Assembly (NCBI GenBank): GCA_018826075.1
Contig: JAHKAJ010000035.1
Location: 15,069-79,068, forward strand
Reading direction: 5' to 3'
DNA: 64,000 nt
DNA from: Candidatus Omnitrophota bacterium
Lineage (GTDB): Bacteria; Omnitrophota; Gorgyraeia; Duberdicusellales; 4484-171
This document shows, piece after piece, positions 10,380 through 19,515 of the stretch (positions are counted from its first letter, which is position 1; the number at the start of each line of letters is the position of its first letter). The translations under genes and the position numbers were made by a program. Below the pieces are notes generated by a model. It was given only the letters and a program-made list of their open reading frames with translations, searched no databases and had not been told where the DNA came from.

Positions 10380-10958
10380 ATGTTTAGAGAGTTTTTGTTG
10401 GCTTTTGTCCCGGTATTCGTGGCAGTTGATGCTTTGGGGGTGCTTCCGATTTTCGTGACTTTGACTCAAGGCTATAACCAGAAAGAGAAAACCAAGATTA
10501 TCATCCAATCGATGATCACGGCAATCGGATTGGCAGTTTTCTTTGTCTTTTTAGGCCGGGCCGTATTTAGTTTTTTAGGGATCAGCGTAGCTGATTTTAT
10601 GATTGCCGGCGGAGTAATATTATTTTCTATCGCTATAATTGATATAGTCAATCCCGGTAAAAAACGAAGAATTCCCTCAAAAGAACTTGGCGCAGTGCCT
10701 CTGGGTACGCCTTTGATTGTCGGTCCGGCAGTCTTGACTACCTCATTGATGATTATTTCGGAATTCGGAACAACCATAACTTTGTTTTCAGTGGTAATCA
10801 ATGTTCTGCTGGCCGGGTTGATTTTTTCTTTATCCGGGTTTCTAATCAAAATTTTGGGTGAAGCCGGTTCAAAAGCTCTATCTAAAGTAACCAGCCTTCT
10901 TTTAGCGGCAATAGCGGTAATGATGATCAGGAAAGGGATTATCCAGCTGTTTGCTTAG
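10380..10958 (+). CDS. marC: MarC/UPF0056 family membrane protein
   Basis: Six-TM protein of about 190 aa with a MarC-like N-terminus (FVPVFVAVDALGVLPIF). Confidence 0.65.
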   Translation: MFREFLLAFVPVFVAVDALGVLPIFVTLTQGYNQKEKTKIIIQSMITAIGLAVFFVFLGRAVFSFLGISVADFMIAGGVILFSIAIIDIVNPGKKRRIPSKELGAVPLGTPLIVGPAVLTTSLMIISEFGTTITLFSVVINVLLAGLIFSLSGFLIKILGEAGSKALSKVTSLLLAAIAVMMIRKGIIQLFA

Positions 10959-10977
10959 GCTAAAAAATCCTCACTTT

Positions 10978-11535
10978 CTAATTAGCCCGTTCAATATACT
11001 CGCCGGTTTCGGTGTTTATTTTAATTCTGTCGCCTTCGCGGATAAATAGCGGGCAGGATACTTTTACCCCATTTTCACAGGTAACTGTTTTAAAAGAATT
11101 AGTTACGCTGTCGCCTTTTATAGCCTGGGGGGATTCGATTACTTTTAAGAATACATGTTTGGGCAGGATCAGTTGAACCGGGTTATGATTAAACAGGATT
11201 AACGTTACCGGTTCATTCTCAATCAGAAAATTTACTTTATCGCCTAGGGTTTCCTGGTTGGCATGGTATTGTTCGTAAGTTTCCTTGTCCATGAAATGAT
11301 AAGTATCATTGTCGCGATAGAGGTATTCAACAGCTACTTCGTTTACTGCAGCCGGATCAAACTGTTCGGAGGCAGTAAAAGTTTTCTGGACCAGTTGGCC
11401 GGTAAGCAGGTTCCTGATCACTGTACGCATAACTGCTTTGCGCATCTGCATCCGGTGGAATTGTCCGGAAACCACAATATAAGGGTTACCTTGATACATA
11501 AAAGCAACCCCGGGCTTTAAATCGGTGTAAGTCAT
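10978..11535 (-). CDS. efp: elongation factor P family protein with a non-canonical beta3-beta4 loop
   Basis: 185 aa. EF-P hallmarks are present: FMDKETYEQY, a C-terminal GEYIERAN, and the three-domain length. The KPGKG loop is replaced by HRMQMRK. Confidence 0.8.
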   Translation of the reverse strand: MTYTDLKPGVAFMYQGNPYIVVSGQFHRMQMRKAVMRTVIRNLLTGQLVQKTFTASEQFDPAAVNEVAVEYLYRDNDTYHFMDKETYEQYHANQETLGDKVNFLIENEPVTLILFNHNPVQLILPKHVFLKVIESPQAIKGDSVTNSFKTVTCENGVKVSCPLFIREGDRIKINTETGEYIERAN

Positions 11536-11592
11536 TTAATGAAACTTGGTTTTTTTGAAATTACTATTTTAAAAAAAACTTAGTTGAATTAA

Positions 11593-11627
11593 ACCCAGCA
11601 CTAATTTTACCAAAATTAGTGCTGGGT
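11593..11627. repeat. perfect 16-bp inverted repeat with a 3-nt loop in the divergent efp / hypothetical-gene intergenic region
   Basis: acccagcactaatttt-acc-aaaattagtgctgggt. Confidence 0.8.
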
Positions 11628-11736
11628 AAGTTCGGCTAAGCTCGCCTTCGGCGGACAAGCCTCACTTATTGTATCATATTCATAGAATTGTCAATAAGCT
11701 TGCTTAGTTTACTTTTTGCGATAAAATAGCCGGGAT

Positions 11737-12306
11737 ATGGATAGTCCAAGTAAAATAACCGAACAACGGGCCAAGGATTTAAAGGAAATCGGCATTGTCA
11801 TTGACAGCTGGGATGATATTTTTTCCGACTTTGACCCCCGGCCGCTAACCGAGCGGACAGTTTCCGAAGACTTTCTTGATGAGTTGAGGAAACGCTATAA
11901 AGAAACCCGTACTGGAGAGTTTATCATCACTATCTACGCCCCTTTTTCCTTAAAAGATGAAGCTTCGGAGAAGATGGTTATTCAAAGATTGAAGAAACAC
12001 TTTCGTCATAAATTGTTACAAAAAAAGAAGCTGATCGTAAAAATCCGCCTGCGCGGGGTTATTTTTGTTCTCATCGGTATCTGTTCCTTAAGTTTTTTAA
12101 CCTTGGCTACTTACTTTAAGTTTGCAACCGAGATAACTATCCAGATTATGGGTATTTTTCTTATGCCTTTGGGTTGGTTTGGTTTTTGGGAAGGGCTTTC
12201 TAAACTTATTGATACTTCTCCGGTAGTTATCCATGATGAAAAATTATTTCAGAAACTTTCCAAAGCGCGTTATAGTTTTAAATATATAACTGAGAATGAA
12301 GGGTAG
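11737..12306 (+). CDS. hypothetical protein with two C-terminal TM helices
   Basis: ORF track. No motif recognised. Confidence 0.3.
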   Translation: MDSPSKITEQRAKDLKEIGIVIDSWDDIFSDFDPRPLTERTVSEDFLDELRKRYKETRTGEFIITIYAPFSLKDEASEKMVIQRLKKHFRHKLLQKKKLIVKIRLRGVIFVLIGICSLSFLTLATYFKFATEITIQIMGIFLMPLGWFGFWEGLSKLIDTSPVVIHDEKLFQKLSKARYSFKYITENEG

Positions 12307-12347
12307 GCGTATATTACAGCGGGAATAAGTAAGGGGGGCAAGAGACT

Positions 12348-12782
12348 ATGAAAGGAATAGTTTGTAAAGTCTGTGGTTATATTTCGATAAATGGGAAAGC
12401 TCCCGAGAAGTGCCCGGTTTGCGGCGCTCCGGCTTCCGCCTTTAAAGAAGACCCCAAGGCTATCAAAACAGCCGAGGATGAGGTAAATTTAAGCGAAAAA
12501 CATACTCCGGTTATAACTATCGCCAGAAAGTGCGGCCTTATCCCTGAAGGTTGTCAGGATGTACATGCCAAAGTGGGCAAGATCCAGCACCCGATGCTTG
12601 TCGAGCATTATATTACTACTATCGATTTTTACCTGGATAAAGAGTTTTTAGCCCGGGTACATTTAACTCCCGAAAAACTCAATCCGGCAGCCGCCCTGCA
12701 CCTTAAAGCGGAAAGCGGAAAACTTTCGGTTGTCGAGCATTGCAATCTGCACGGCGCCTGGATTGCTGAAACTGACTTGTAA
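12348..12782 (+). CDS. superoxide reductase (desulfoferrodoxin/neelaredoxin family) with an N-terminal CxxC-x15-CxxC rubredoxin-like domain
   Basis: N-terminal CKVCG...CPVCG. SOR catalytic-domain motifs EKHTPVI, two His in HPMLVEHY, and the C-x2-H ligand pair (CNLHG). Confidence 0.75.
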   Translation: MKGIVCKVCGYISINGKAPEKCPVCGAPASAFKEDPKAIKTAEDEVNLSEKHTPVITIARKCGLIPEGCQDVHAKVGKIQHPMLVEHYITTIDFYLDKEFLARVHLTPEKLNPAAALHLKAESGKLSVVEHCNLHGAWIAETDL

Positions 12783-12788
12783 AGAAAA

Positions 12789-13478
12789 ATGTCAGGCAAT
12801 AGGATTCTGATAGTTGAAGACGATAAGCCTATTTCCCAGCTGGTCAAATACAATTTGGAAAAAGCTGGGTTCAGCTGCCTTACTGCGATTAGCGGCGAAG
12901 AAGCTATAGAGATCCTAGATAAGCAGGCCGTTGATTTAATCATTTTGGATATAATGCTTCCAAAAATCGATGGCTTTGAGACTTGTAAGCTGATTAAAGA
13001 AGACAAGCGGCTATCTTCGATCCCGATAGTTATGCTTACCGCTAAAGGTGAAGAAGTAGATAAGGTAGTGGGTTTTGAATTGGGGGCGGATGACTATATT
13101 GTAAAGCCGTTTAGCCCTCGGGAGCTCACTCTTAGGATAAAGGCGATTTTAAGGCGCCGGCGGATTAAAGAAGAAGTAAAAAATATTTTCACTGCTGACA
13201 GGCTAACCATAGATCTTTCCCGCCATAAGGTCATCTTGGATAAAAAAGAAGTAGTTTTGACCCAGATGGAGTTCAAGCTGTTAGTCAAGCTTATTCAGAG
13301 GAAAGGCCGGGTGCAGTCAAGAGATTCTTTGCTTGAAGAGGTCTGGGATATTGCTGCTGACGTTACCACCCGTACCATAGACACTCACATCAAACGCCTT
13401 CGGCAAAAATTAGGTAAAGCCGGTAAATTAATCGAAACCATCAGGGGTGTCGGTTACCGCTTTAGTGAGGAGGGTTGA
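12789..13478 (+). CDS. phoB: OmpR/PhoB-family response regulator
   Basis: Receiver domain (ILIVEDD, D in LDIMLP, K in IVKPF) plus a winged-helix C-terminal domain. Sits immediately upstream of the kinase and the pst operon. Confidence 0.85.
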   Translation: MSGNRILIVEDDKPISQLVKYNLEKAGFSCLTAISGEEAIEILDKQAVDLIILDIMLPKIDGFETCKLIKEDKRLSSIPIVMLTAKGEEVDKVVGFELGADDYIVKPFSPRELTLRIKAILRRRRIKEEVKNIFTADRLTIDLSRHKVILDKKEVVLTQMEFKLLVKLIQRKGRVQSRDSLLEEVWDIAADVTTRTIDTHIKRLRQKLGKAGKLIETIRGVGYRFSEEG

Positions 13479-13481
13479 TTT

Positions 13482-15248
13482 TTGAGGATAAGTATCCATT
13501 ATAAAATTACTTTTATTTTCGTAATAATTACTGCAGTCATTCTCTCCGGGGTTTATTTTTACCTCAATAGCAATCTGAAAAAATTTACCTATCAGCGTAT
13601 AAAAACTAACCTTGCTAAACAAATCGCTTTAAGCCGGACATATCTAGAGCTAGAGTCTTCGAAAAATATCACAACTTACGATTTAGATGTTGCCGCCGAT
13701 GATATCGGAAAAGATTTGGGCCTTAGAGCTACAATTATTGGGTTTGACGGCGTAGTTTATGGTGATTCTGAATTAGAGGGGGATTCTCTATTAAAGGTTG
13801 AAAACCACCTTTACCGGCCGGAAGTCCAGCAGGCCATTAAATCCGGAAGCGGCGAAAGCCGGCGTTTCAGTAATACCGTCAAAAAAGATTTGCTTTATAT
13901 AACTTCAGTTTACGGCCAAGGTTCTAAGCAGGGAATAATTCGTTTGTCTATTCCCCTTTCAGAGATAGGCCAGATATCCGATCGTTTGAGGCAGACTTTG
14001 ATCCTTTCGCTTTTATTAGCTTTCATCTTGGCGGTTTTGGTTAGTTTTTTGGCTTCCAACTTCATTTCCAACCCAATTCGGGAGATATCTCTTAAGGCTA
14101 AAGACATTTCCCGGGGCCATTTTAGTCAAAAGATAATTTGCCGGCTTAACGATGAAATTAGTGATTTAGCCGAGGCTATCAATAATATGTCGGAAAAGGT
14201 AAAAGCCAGGATCGAAGAGGTCAATTACAGCAAATCCCGCTTAGAGGCAGTATTCTTAAGTATGCTCGAAGGGGTCATGGTTGTGGATATCAAGGGTAAG
14301 ATTTTGTTAATGAACCAGGCACTTAAGGATTATTTAAAGATCGATGAGGATCCTTTGGGAAAAAAGCCGCTTGAGGCGATACGCAATATCGAGATTCAGG
14401 GAATAGTCGATATTGTTTTAAATTCGAACCAGGAACTTATCAGCCGGGAGATCTCGGTTTTGCTTCCCGAAGAAAGAGTTTTTCTGGTACACGCTGCAGC
14501 TATTGGTAAAGACAAAAACAGCGAAGGAGCAGTTTTAGTTTTCCATGACGTTAGCAATTTAAGAAAGTTGGAAAGGCTGCGCCAGGATTTCGTGGCTAAC
14601 GTATCGCATGAGCTGCGCACCCCGGTGTCGACGCTTAAGGGTTATGCTGAAACTTTGCTCCAGGGAGCGTTAGAGGATAAGAAAAATGCCAGAGATTTTT
14701 TAGAAATTATCCTTTCTGATTCCAATAGGCTGGCTAGTTTAATCGATGACCTCTTAGACCTTTCTAAAATTGAATCGGGTAAACTTATTCTGGATAAAAA
14801 TTCCTATAAACTTTCGGAGATTGTAAAAAAAGTTTTGGTTAATTTAAAAATAAAAGATAGATCATTGAAAGTCAGCATAGACATACCTGATGATTTGCCG
14901 AAGGTAGCAGTTGATGAAGCCAGAATAAAACAAGTATTGTTCAATCTCATAGATAATGCTGTGAAGTATAACCGTCCCCAAGGCCAGATAACCATATCCG
15001 CAGAAGACGCCGGAGAAGCTGTGAGAGTGAATATTTCTGATACCGGCATAGGTATTCCTCAAAAAGATTTACCCCGGATATTTGAACGTTTTTACCGCGT
15101 GGATAAAGCCCGCTCCCGCGAGCTTGGCGGTACCGGCCTGGGGCTTTCAATCGTTAAGCATATCATTCAAGCCCACAATGGCGAAGTTTTTGTTCAGAGC
15201 ATAGAAGGCCAAGGCTCTACTTTTAGTTTCATCCTCCCCAAGGCTTAA
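13482..15248 (+). CDS. phoR: sensor histidine kinase (PhoR-like)
   Basis: Two TM helices, HAMP, PAS, a HisKA H-box (SHELRTP) and HATPase_c N, G1 and G2 boxes (DTGIGI, GGTGLGL). TTG start. Confidence 0.85.
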   Translation: MRISIHYKITFIFVIITAVILSGVYFYLNSNLKKFTYQRIKTNLAKQIALSRTYLELESSKNITTYDLDVAADDIGKDLGLRATIIGFDGVVYGDSELEGDSLLKVENHLYRPEVQQAIKSGSGESRRFSNTVKKDLLYITSVYGQGSKQGIIRLSIPLSEIGQISDRLRQTLILSLLLAFILAVLVSFLASNFISNPIREISLKAKDISRGHFSQKIICRLNDEISDLAEAINNMSEKVKARIEEVNYSKSRLEAVFLSMLEGVMVVDIKGKILLMNQALKDYLKIDEDPLGKKPLEAIRNIEIQGIVDIVLNSNQELISREISVLLPEERVFLVHAAAIGKDKNSEGAVLVFHDVSNLRKLERLRQDFVANVSHELRTPVSTLKGYAETLLQGALEDKKNARDFLEIILSDSNRLASLIDDLLDLSKIESGKLILDKNSYKLSEIVKKVLVNLKIKDRSLKVSIDIPDDLPKVAVDEARIKQVLFNLIDNAVKYNRPQGQITISAEDAGEAVRVNISDTGIGIPQKDLPRIFERFYRVDKARSRELGGTGLGLSIVKHIIQAHNGEVFVQSIEGQGSTFSFILPKA

Positions 15249-15285
15249 AATTTAGCCTATTTTCCCTAAAATCCGGCCAATAAAA

Positions 15286-15324
15286 TTCACCAAAATTTCA
15301 CATTTTTGTAATCTTATCTTCACA
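15286..15324 (+). promoter_or_regulatory. candidate Pho box: TTCAC(C/A) hexamers phased at 11 bp
   Basis: TTCACC at 15286, TTCACA at 15297 and TTCACA at 15319, giving an 11/22-bp register. Lies downstream of phoR and upstream of a small ORF, the porin and pstS. Confidence 0.45.
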
Positions 15325-15381
15325 TAATTTTTGTATATTTTTATTGGCAATAAAGCAAATACAAAAATAAAGGAGGTGAAG

Positions 15382-15573
15382 ATGAAGATTAGTAAGAAGA
15401 TCTCAGGATTACAAAAGGATTACATTGCCAGCTATTTGCGTTCGCAAATCTCCAACTTGCAGACAGTATTAGATTATTTAGAGAAAGAAGATTATTACTG
15501 CCAACAAGAACTTTTTGAGCGGTTGCGAAAGGTAAGGCGAGGGTTCTACCAGTTTAGAGATTCAAGTAATTAA
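15382..15573 (+). CDS. small hypothetical protein (63 aa) with a strong RBS
   Basis: AAGGAGGTG lies 7 nt before the ATG at 15382. The ORF-track start at 15331 has no RBS. Confidence 0.3.
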   Translation: MKISKKISGLQKDYIASYLRSQISNLQTVLDYLEKEDYYCQQELFERLRKVRRGFYQFRDSSN

Positions 15574-15587
15574 TTTGGAAAGGAGGT

Positions 15588-16862
15588 TTGATGATGAGAA
15601 AAATAATTTTACTTGTAGCCAGCGGGTTGATCTTGGCCGGGTTCAGCGCTTATCCAGCCTGGGCCGGTGAGATTGATATCTTGGTTGAAAAACTGGTAGA
15701 AAAAGGGGTGATCAGCCACGGTGAGGCCCGCCAGATCTTAACCGAGACCCAGGAGGAAATGAAGGCTCAGCTTGCTCAAGGAAAGAGCGAGGCATTACCT
15801 GCTTGGGTTCAGGCCATTAAATTAAAAGGAGATTTTCGTTTAAGGGGCCAGGAAAAACACCAAAAATCAGCCAATAATTACAACAAAGATACGACTATCG
15901 GCCGTGTCCGTTTACGCCTGGGACTGGAAGGCAAAGTAAATGAAAAGCTTTTAGCCGGAGTAGGCATAGCCAGCGGCAGCGGAGACCCGCGCTCTACCAA
16001 TGTAACCCTTGGTGATAGTAATCTTAAGAAAGCCCTGGTACTTGATTATGCTTACGCAAAATACAGCCCATTAAGTTGGTTCAATCTTGTAGGAGGAAAA
16101 ATGCTTTTGGCTGATGCGCTTTGGATGCCTACAGATTTAGTCTGGGATTCGGATATCACCCCTGAAGGAGTAATATCCCAATTTAATAAAGAACTCGGCT
16201 CAAATACCCAGGGCTTTTTGAATGCCGGCGTATTGCTGGTTGATGACGATTCCAGCTCAGATTACGACGCTCCGATGGCCTATATTATTCAGCCGGGGAT
16301 AAGCCACAAAATTAATGACAATCTATCTTTAAAAGGCGCGGTTTCTCTTCAGGCCTTTCATAATCTTAAAGGCCACGTAAGCAGCGGTTATTCAGCGGAG
16401 AGCAATACCGGAAACACCGATAACGGAACAACACCATACACCTATGATTACCAGATGATTAATCCGGCATTAGAAGTTAAAGTGATACAGCCTTTTAATG
16501 CGCTGGGATTGAATGTTGAGTCACTTAAGTTGTTAGCCGAATATGTTAATAATTTTGATGTTTCCGAGAAGGCCAGCGGTTTTTCTGCCGGGTTTAAGCT
16601 GGGCCATGAGAAAATTAGTAAATGGGGGGATTGGCAGCTTAAGTATATCTATGCCATGCTGGGTAAAGACGCGGTGCTCGATGTTTTGCCTGATTCTGAC
16701 CGTTACGGCGGTGCAACAGCTATAAGAAGCTATGAAACAGAGTTGAGTTTTGGGTTAGGCAAGAATACTTCTTTAGGTATAGATGTATACCGTTCTGAAA
16801 AAATAGGAATGGCCAAGGCTCCTGAAACTTTGGTCCAGGTTGATTGGAATGTGAAATTTTAA
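15588..16862 (+). CDS. outer-membrane beta-barrel porin, possibly phosphate-selective
   Basis: Signal peptide ending PAWA. C-terminal ...VDWNVKF. Beta-strand-like alternating pattern. Position between the Pho-box-like repeats and pstS. Confidence 0.45.
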   Translation: MMMRKIILLVASGLILAGFSAYPAWAGEIDILVEKLVEKGVISHGEARQILTETQEEMKAQLAQGKSEALPAWVQAIKLKGDFRLRGQEKHQKSANNYNKDTTIGRVRLRLGLEGKVNEKLLAGVGIASGSGDPRSTNVTLGDSNLKKALVLDYAYAKYSPLSWFNLVGGKMLLADALWMPTDLVWDSDITPEGVISQFNKELGSNTQGFLNAGVLLVDDDSSSDYDAPMAYIIQPGISHKINDNLSLKGAVSLQAFHNLKGHVSSGYSAESNTGNTDNGTTPYTYDYQMINPALEVKVIQPFNALGLNVESLKLLAEYVNNFDVSEKASGFSAGFKLGHEKISKWGDWQLKYIYAMLGKDAVLDVLPDSDRYGGATAIRSYETELSFGLGKNTSLGIDVYRSEKIGMAKAPETLVQVDWNVKF

Positions 16863-16881
16863 TTAAAAGAAGGAGGAAGAA

Positions 16882-17694
16882 ATGGTTTGGGTTAAAAAAA
16901 TATTTTTGTTAACAGCCGCAGCTACGGTGTTTCTGACACCCTGTTTTGCTGAAAGCCTTACGATTAAAGGGTCAACTACCGTGCTTCCGATTGCTCAAGC
17001 CTGTGCGGAATCTTTTATGGACGATAATTCGGGAGCCGATATCTCGGTTCAGGGCGGCGGCTCAAGCGTGGGTATCGCGGCGATCATTGACGGGACTACT
17101 GATATCGGTAATGCTTCACGGCCGATTAAAGACAGCGAGTTAGCTCAGGCAGCCAGCCGGGGAGTTAGCCCTAAGGCTCATGTCGTGGCTATGGATGGGA
17201 TCGTGGTAATCGTTCACCCTTCGAATTCTTTAACCGCTTTGACCAAAAGTCAGATTAAGGATATCTATACCGGAAAAATATCTCATTGGTCATCGCTTGG
17301 CGCTTCTGGCGGCAAGATAGTGGTTATCGGCCGCGATTCAGCTTCCGGTACTTTTGAGGCTTTCACCGAGCTGGCTTTGTCTAAAGCTAAGACCCGTCCT
17401 GATGCTTTGTTGGAAGCTTCTAACCAGGCTGTGGCTACTGTTGTAGCTAAAACCCCGGGGGCAATCGGCTATGTCGGTTTAGGCTTTGTTACTGATAAGG
17501 TAAAGGCTTTAACCGTGGGGGGTATCGAGTGCTCAAAAGAGACAGTTCTTTCCGGAGAATATTCTTTGGCCCGGCCGTTGTTTATGTATACTAACGGTAA
17601 GCCTCAAGGGTTAGTCAAAGAGTTTATCGAATTTGTGACTGGTGAGATAGGGCAGCATCTAGTTGAGAAAAATGGTTACGTAGGTTTAAAGTAA
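16882..17694 (+). CDS. pstS: phosphate ABC transporter substrate-binding protein
   Basis: Signal peptide and PBP-like fold motifs (SGTFEAF, GAIGYVGLG). Followed by pstCAB. Confidence 0.9.
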   Translation: MVWVKKIFLLTAAATVFLTPCFAESLTIKGSTTVLPIAQACAESFMDDNSGADISVQGGGSSVGIAAIIDGTTDIGNASRPIKDSELAQAASRGVSPKAHVVAMDGIVVIVHPSNSLTALTKSQIKDIYTGKISHWSSLGASGGKIVVIGRDSASGTFEAFTELALSKAKTRPDALLEASNQAVATVVAKTPGAIGYVGLGFVTDKVKALTVGGIECSKETVLSGEYSLARPLFMYTNGKPQGLVKEFIEFVTGEIGQHLVEKNGYVGLK

Positions 17695-17730
17695 ACAATT
17701 AACTGTTCATTTAATTTTTCCTTTGGTGTT

Positions 17731-17763
17731 AGGGGCAGGACAGGCATTCTCTGTCCTGCCCCT
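17731..17763 (+). promoter_or_regulatory. intercistronic 13-bp perfect stem-loop between pstS and pstC
   Basis: aggggcaggacag-gcattct-ctgtcctgcccct with no U tract. Likely an mRNA-stability or processing element. Confidence 0.6.
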
Positions 17764-17782
17764 GGTTCAATAAAGGGCGGCT

Positions 17783-18661
17783 ATGGGCAAATCGGATATT
17801 CATAAAAAGATTTTTGCGGTTTTGGCTTTTTCTTCGTTAGTCTTTCTAATCGGGATCACTATTGTCCTGTTCAAAGAAGGCCTGCCGATTTTCAGAATCG
17901 TAAAACCGCTGAATTTTCTTTTCGGTAAGTATTGGTACCCGACTTATGACCCGCCGGATTTCGGAATTTTACCGTTGATTTTAGGTTCTTTATGGGTTAC
18001 TGCCGGGGCTCTTTTGGTTTGCGTTCCTTTGGGTATAGGCAGTGCTCTGTATCTGAATGAATTGGCCGGTCCAAAACAAAGAGCTTTTTTAAAGCCGGCC
18101 ATCGAGATCTTAGCCAGCATCCCTTCTATTGTTTTTGGTTTTTTTGGCATGGTAGTAGTAGCCCCTTTCTTGCAGAAATTACTTAACATTCCGGTAGGCC
18201 TTACTGCCTTTACCGGCAGTTTGATTTTGGGGGTTATGGCTACTCCTACGGTTTGCAGTATTGCCGAAGACGCCTTGAGTTTTGTTCCCAAGAGTTTTCG
18301 CGAGGCCTCGTTTGCCGTGGGTGCTAACCGCTGGCAGACTTTAGTCAAAGTAACATTACCGGCAGCCGGTTCAGGCATTTCCACCGCGGTTATTTTGGGG
18401 ATGAGCCGGGCAGTAGGAGAAACTATGACTGTATTGATGGTTTGTGGCGGCGCAGCAGTAATCCCTAAGTCTTTTTTTGAGCCGGTACGGCCGATGACCG
18501 CAACTATTGCCGCTGAGATGGGCGAAGCAGTAACCGGCAGCCCGCATTTTCAGGCTTTGTTTGCCATCGGGATGATTTTGTTTCTGGTGACTTTAGTTTT
18601 TAATATAGCCGCTGAGATAATCAGCCGCCGCTTCCGTTTAAAACTGGGGTTGGGCCGATGA
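17783..18661 (+). CDS. pstC: phosphate ABC transporter permease PstC
   Basis: Six-TM permease with an EAA-like loop. Confidence 0.9.
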   Translation: MGKSDIHKKIFAVLAFSSLVFLIGITIVLFKEGLPIFRIVKPLNFLFGKYWYPTYDPPDFGILPLILGSLWVTAGALLVCVPLGIGSALYLNELAGPKQRAFLKPAIEILASIPSIVFGFFGMVVVAPFLQKLLNIPVGLTAFTGSLILGVMATPTVCSIAEDALSFVPKSFREASFAVGANRWQTLVKVTLPAAGSGISTAVILGMSRAVGETMTVLMVCGGAAVIPKSFFEPVRPMTATIAAEMGEAVTGSPHFQALFAIGMILFLVTLVFNIAAEIISRRFRLKLGLGR

Positions 18662-19515
18662 AGATGAATAAGAGCTTAGACCAGAAAATAGGCTTTAGTT
18701 TGATTTTTTCGATGATGCTGATCACTTTATTTTTTCTCGGTTCCTTAGTATACTTTATTGCTGTCCGGGGGGCCGGGATAATTTCCTGGCAGTTTTTGAC
18801 TGATGTGCCCCGGGAAGCGATGACTAAAGGCGGCGTAGCCCCGGCAATCGTAGGCACCTTTTACCTCATGCTGGGTTCAGTGCTGGTAGCTTTGCCTTTA
18901 GGGGTGGCTTGTGCGATCTATCTTTGCGAATACAGCCCCAAAAAGACAATCGTCAACCTTATCCGGATAAGTATCAACAATTTAGCCGGAGTACCTTCAG
19001 TGGTTTTTGGCCTTTTTGGCCTGGCGGTTTTTGTAAAGTTTTTTGGCTTCGGCGTTTCGATTCTTTCCGGATGCCTTACATTAGGGATAATGGTTTTACC
19101 TAACATTATCTCGGCTTCCCAGGAGGCTTTGATAGCGGTTCCCCAATCTCACCGTGAAGCTTCCCTGGCTTTGGGCGCGACCCAATGGCAGACTATAAAA
19201 AAGGTAGTGCTTCCCGGCTCTTTGCCCGGTATTTTAACCGGCGTTATTTTAAGTATCGGCCGGGTGGCTGGAGAAACCGCACCGATTCTTTTCACCGCCG
19301 GCACTTTCTATATGCGGGGTTTTCCCAAATCGCCGCTATCTGAAACCATGGTTTTACCTTACCATATCTACGCTTTAATGACTGAAGGGGTACATCCTGA
19401 ATTTCAAGTTAAGATTGCTTATGGCTGCGCTTTTATTTTATTAATTCTGGTATTGTTAGTTTCGTCTTTCGCCATCATTTTACGTCAACAACAAAGGAGT
19501 CGTTATGGAATCTGA
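18658..19515 (+). CDS. pstA: phosphate ABC transporter permease PstA
   Basis: Permease paralog. Overlaps the pstC stop. Confidence 0.9.
   Translation: MKMNKSLDQKIGFSLIFSMMLITLFFLGSLVYFIAVRGAGIISWQFLTDVPREAMTKGGVAPAIVGTFYLMLGSVLVALPLGVACAIYLCEYSPKKTIVNLIRISINNLAGVPSVVFGLFGLAVFVKFFGFGVSILSGCLTLGIMVLPNIISASQEALIAVPQSHREASLALGATQWQTIKKVVLPGSLPGILTGVILSIGRVAGETAPILFTAGTFYMRGFPKSPLSETMVLPYHIYALMTEGVHPEFQVKIAYGCAFILLILVLLVSSFAIILRQQQRSRYGI

Noticed and set aside
16543-17143. Short same-strand alternative-frame ORFs inside the porin and pstS genes
   Set aside because: They are embedded in better-supported genes. No start signals.
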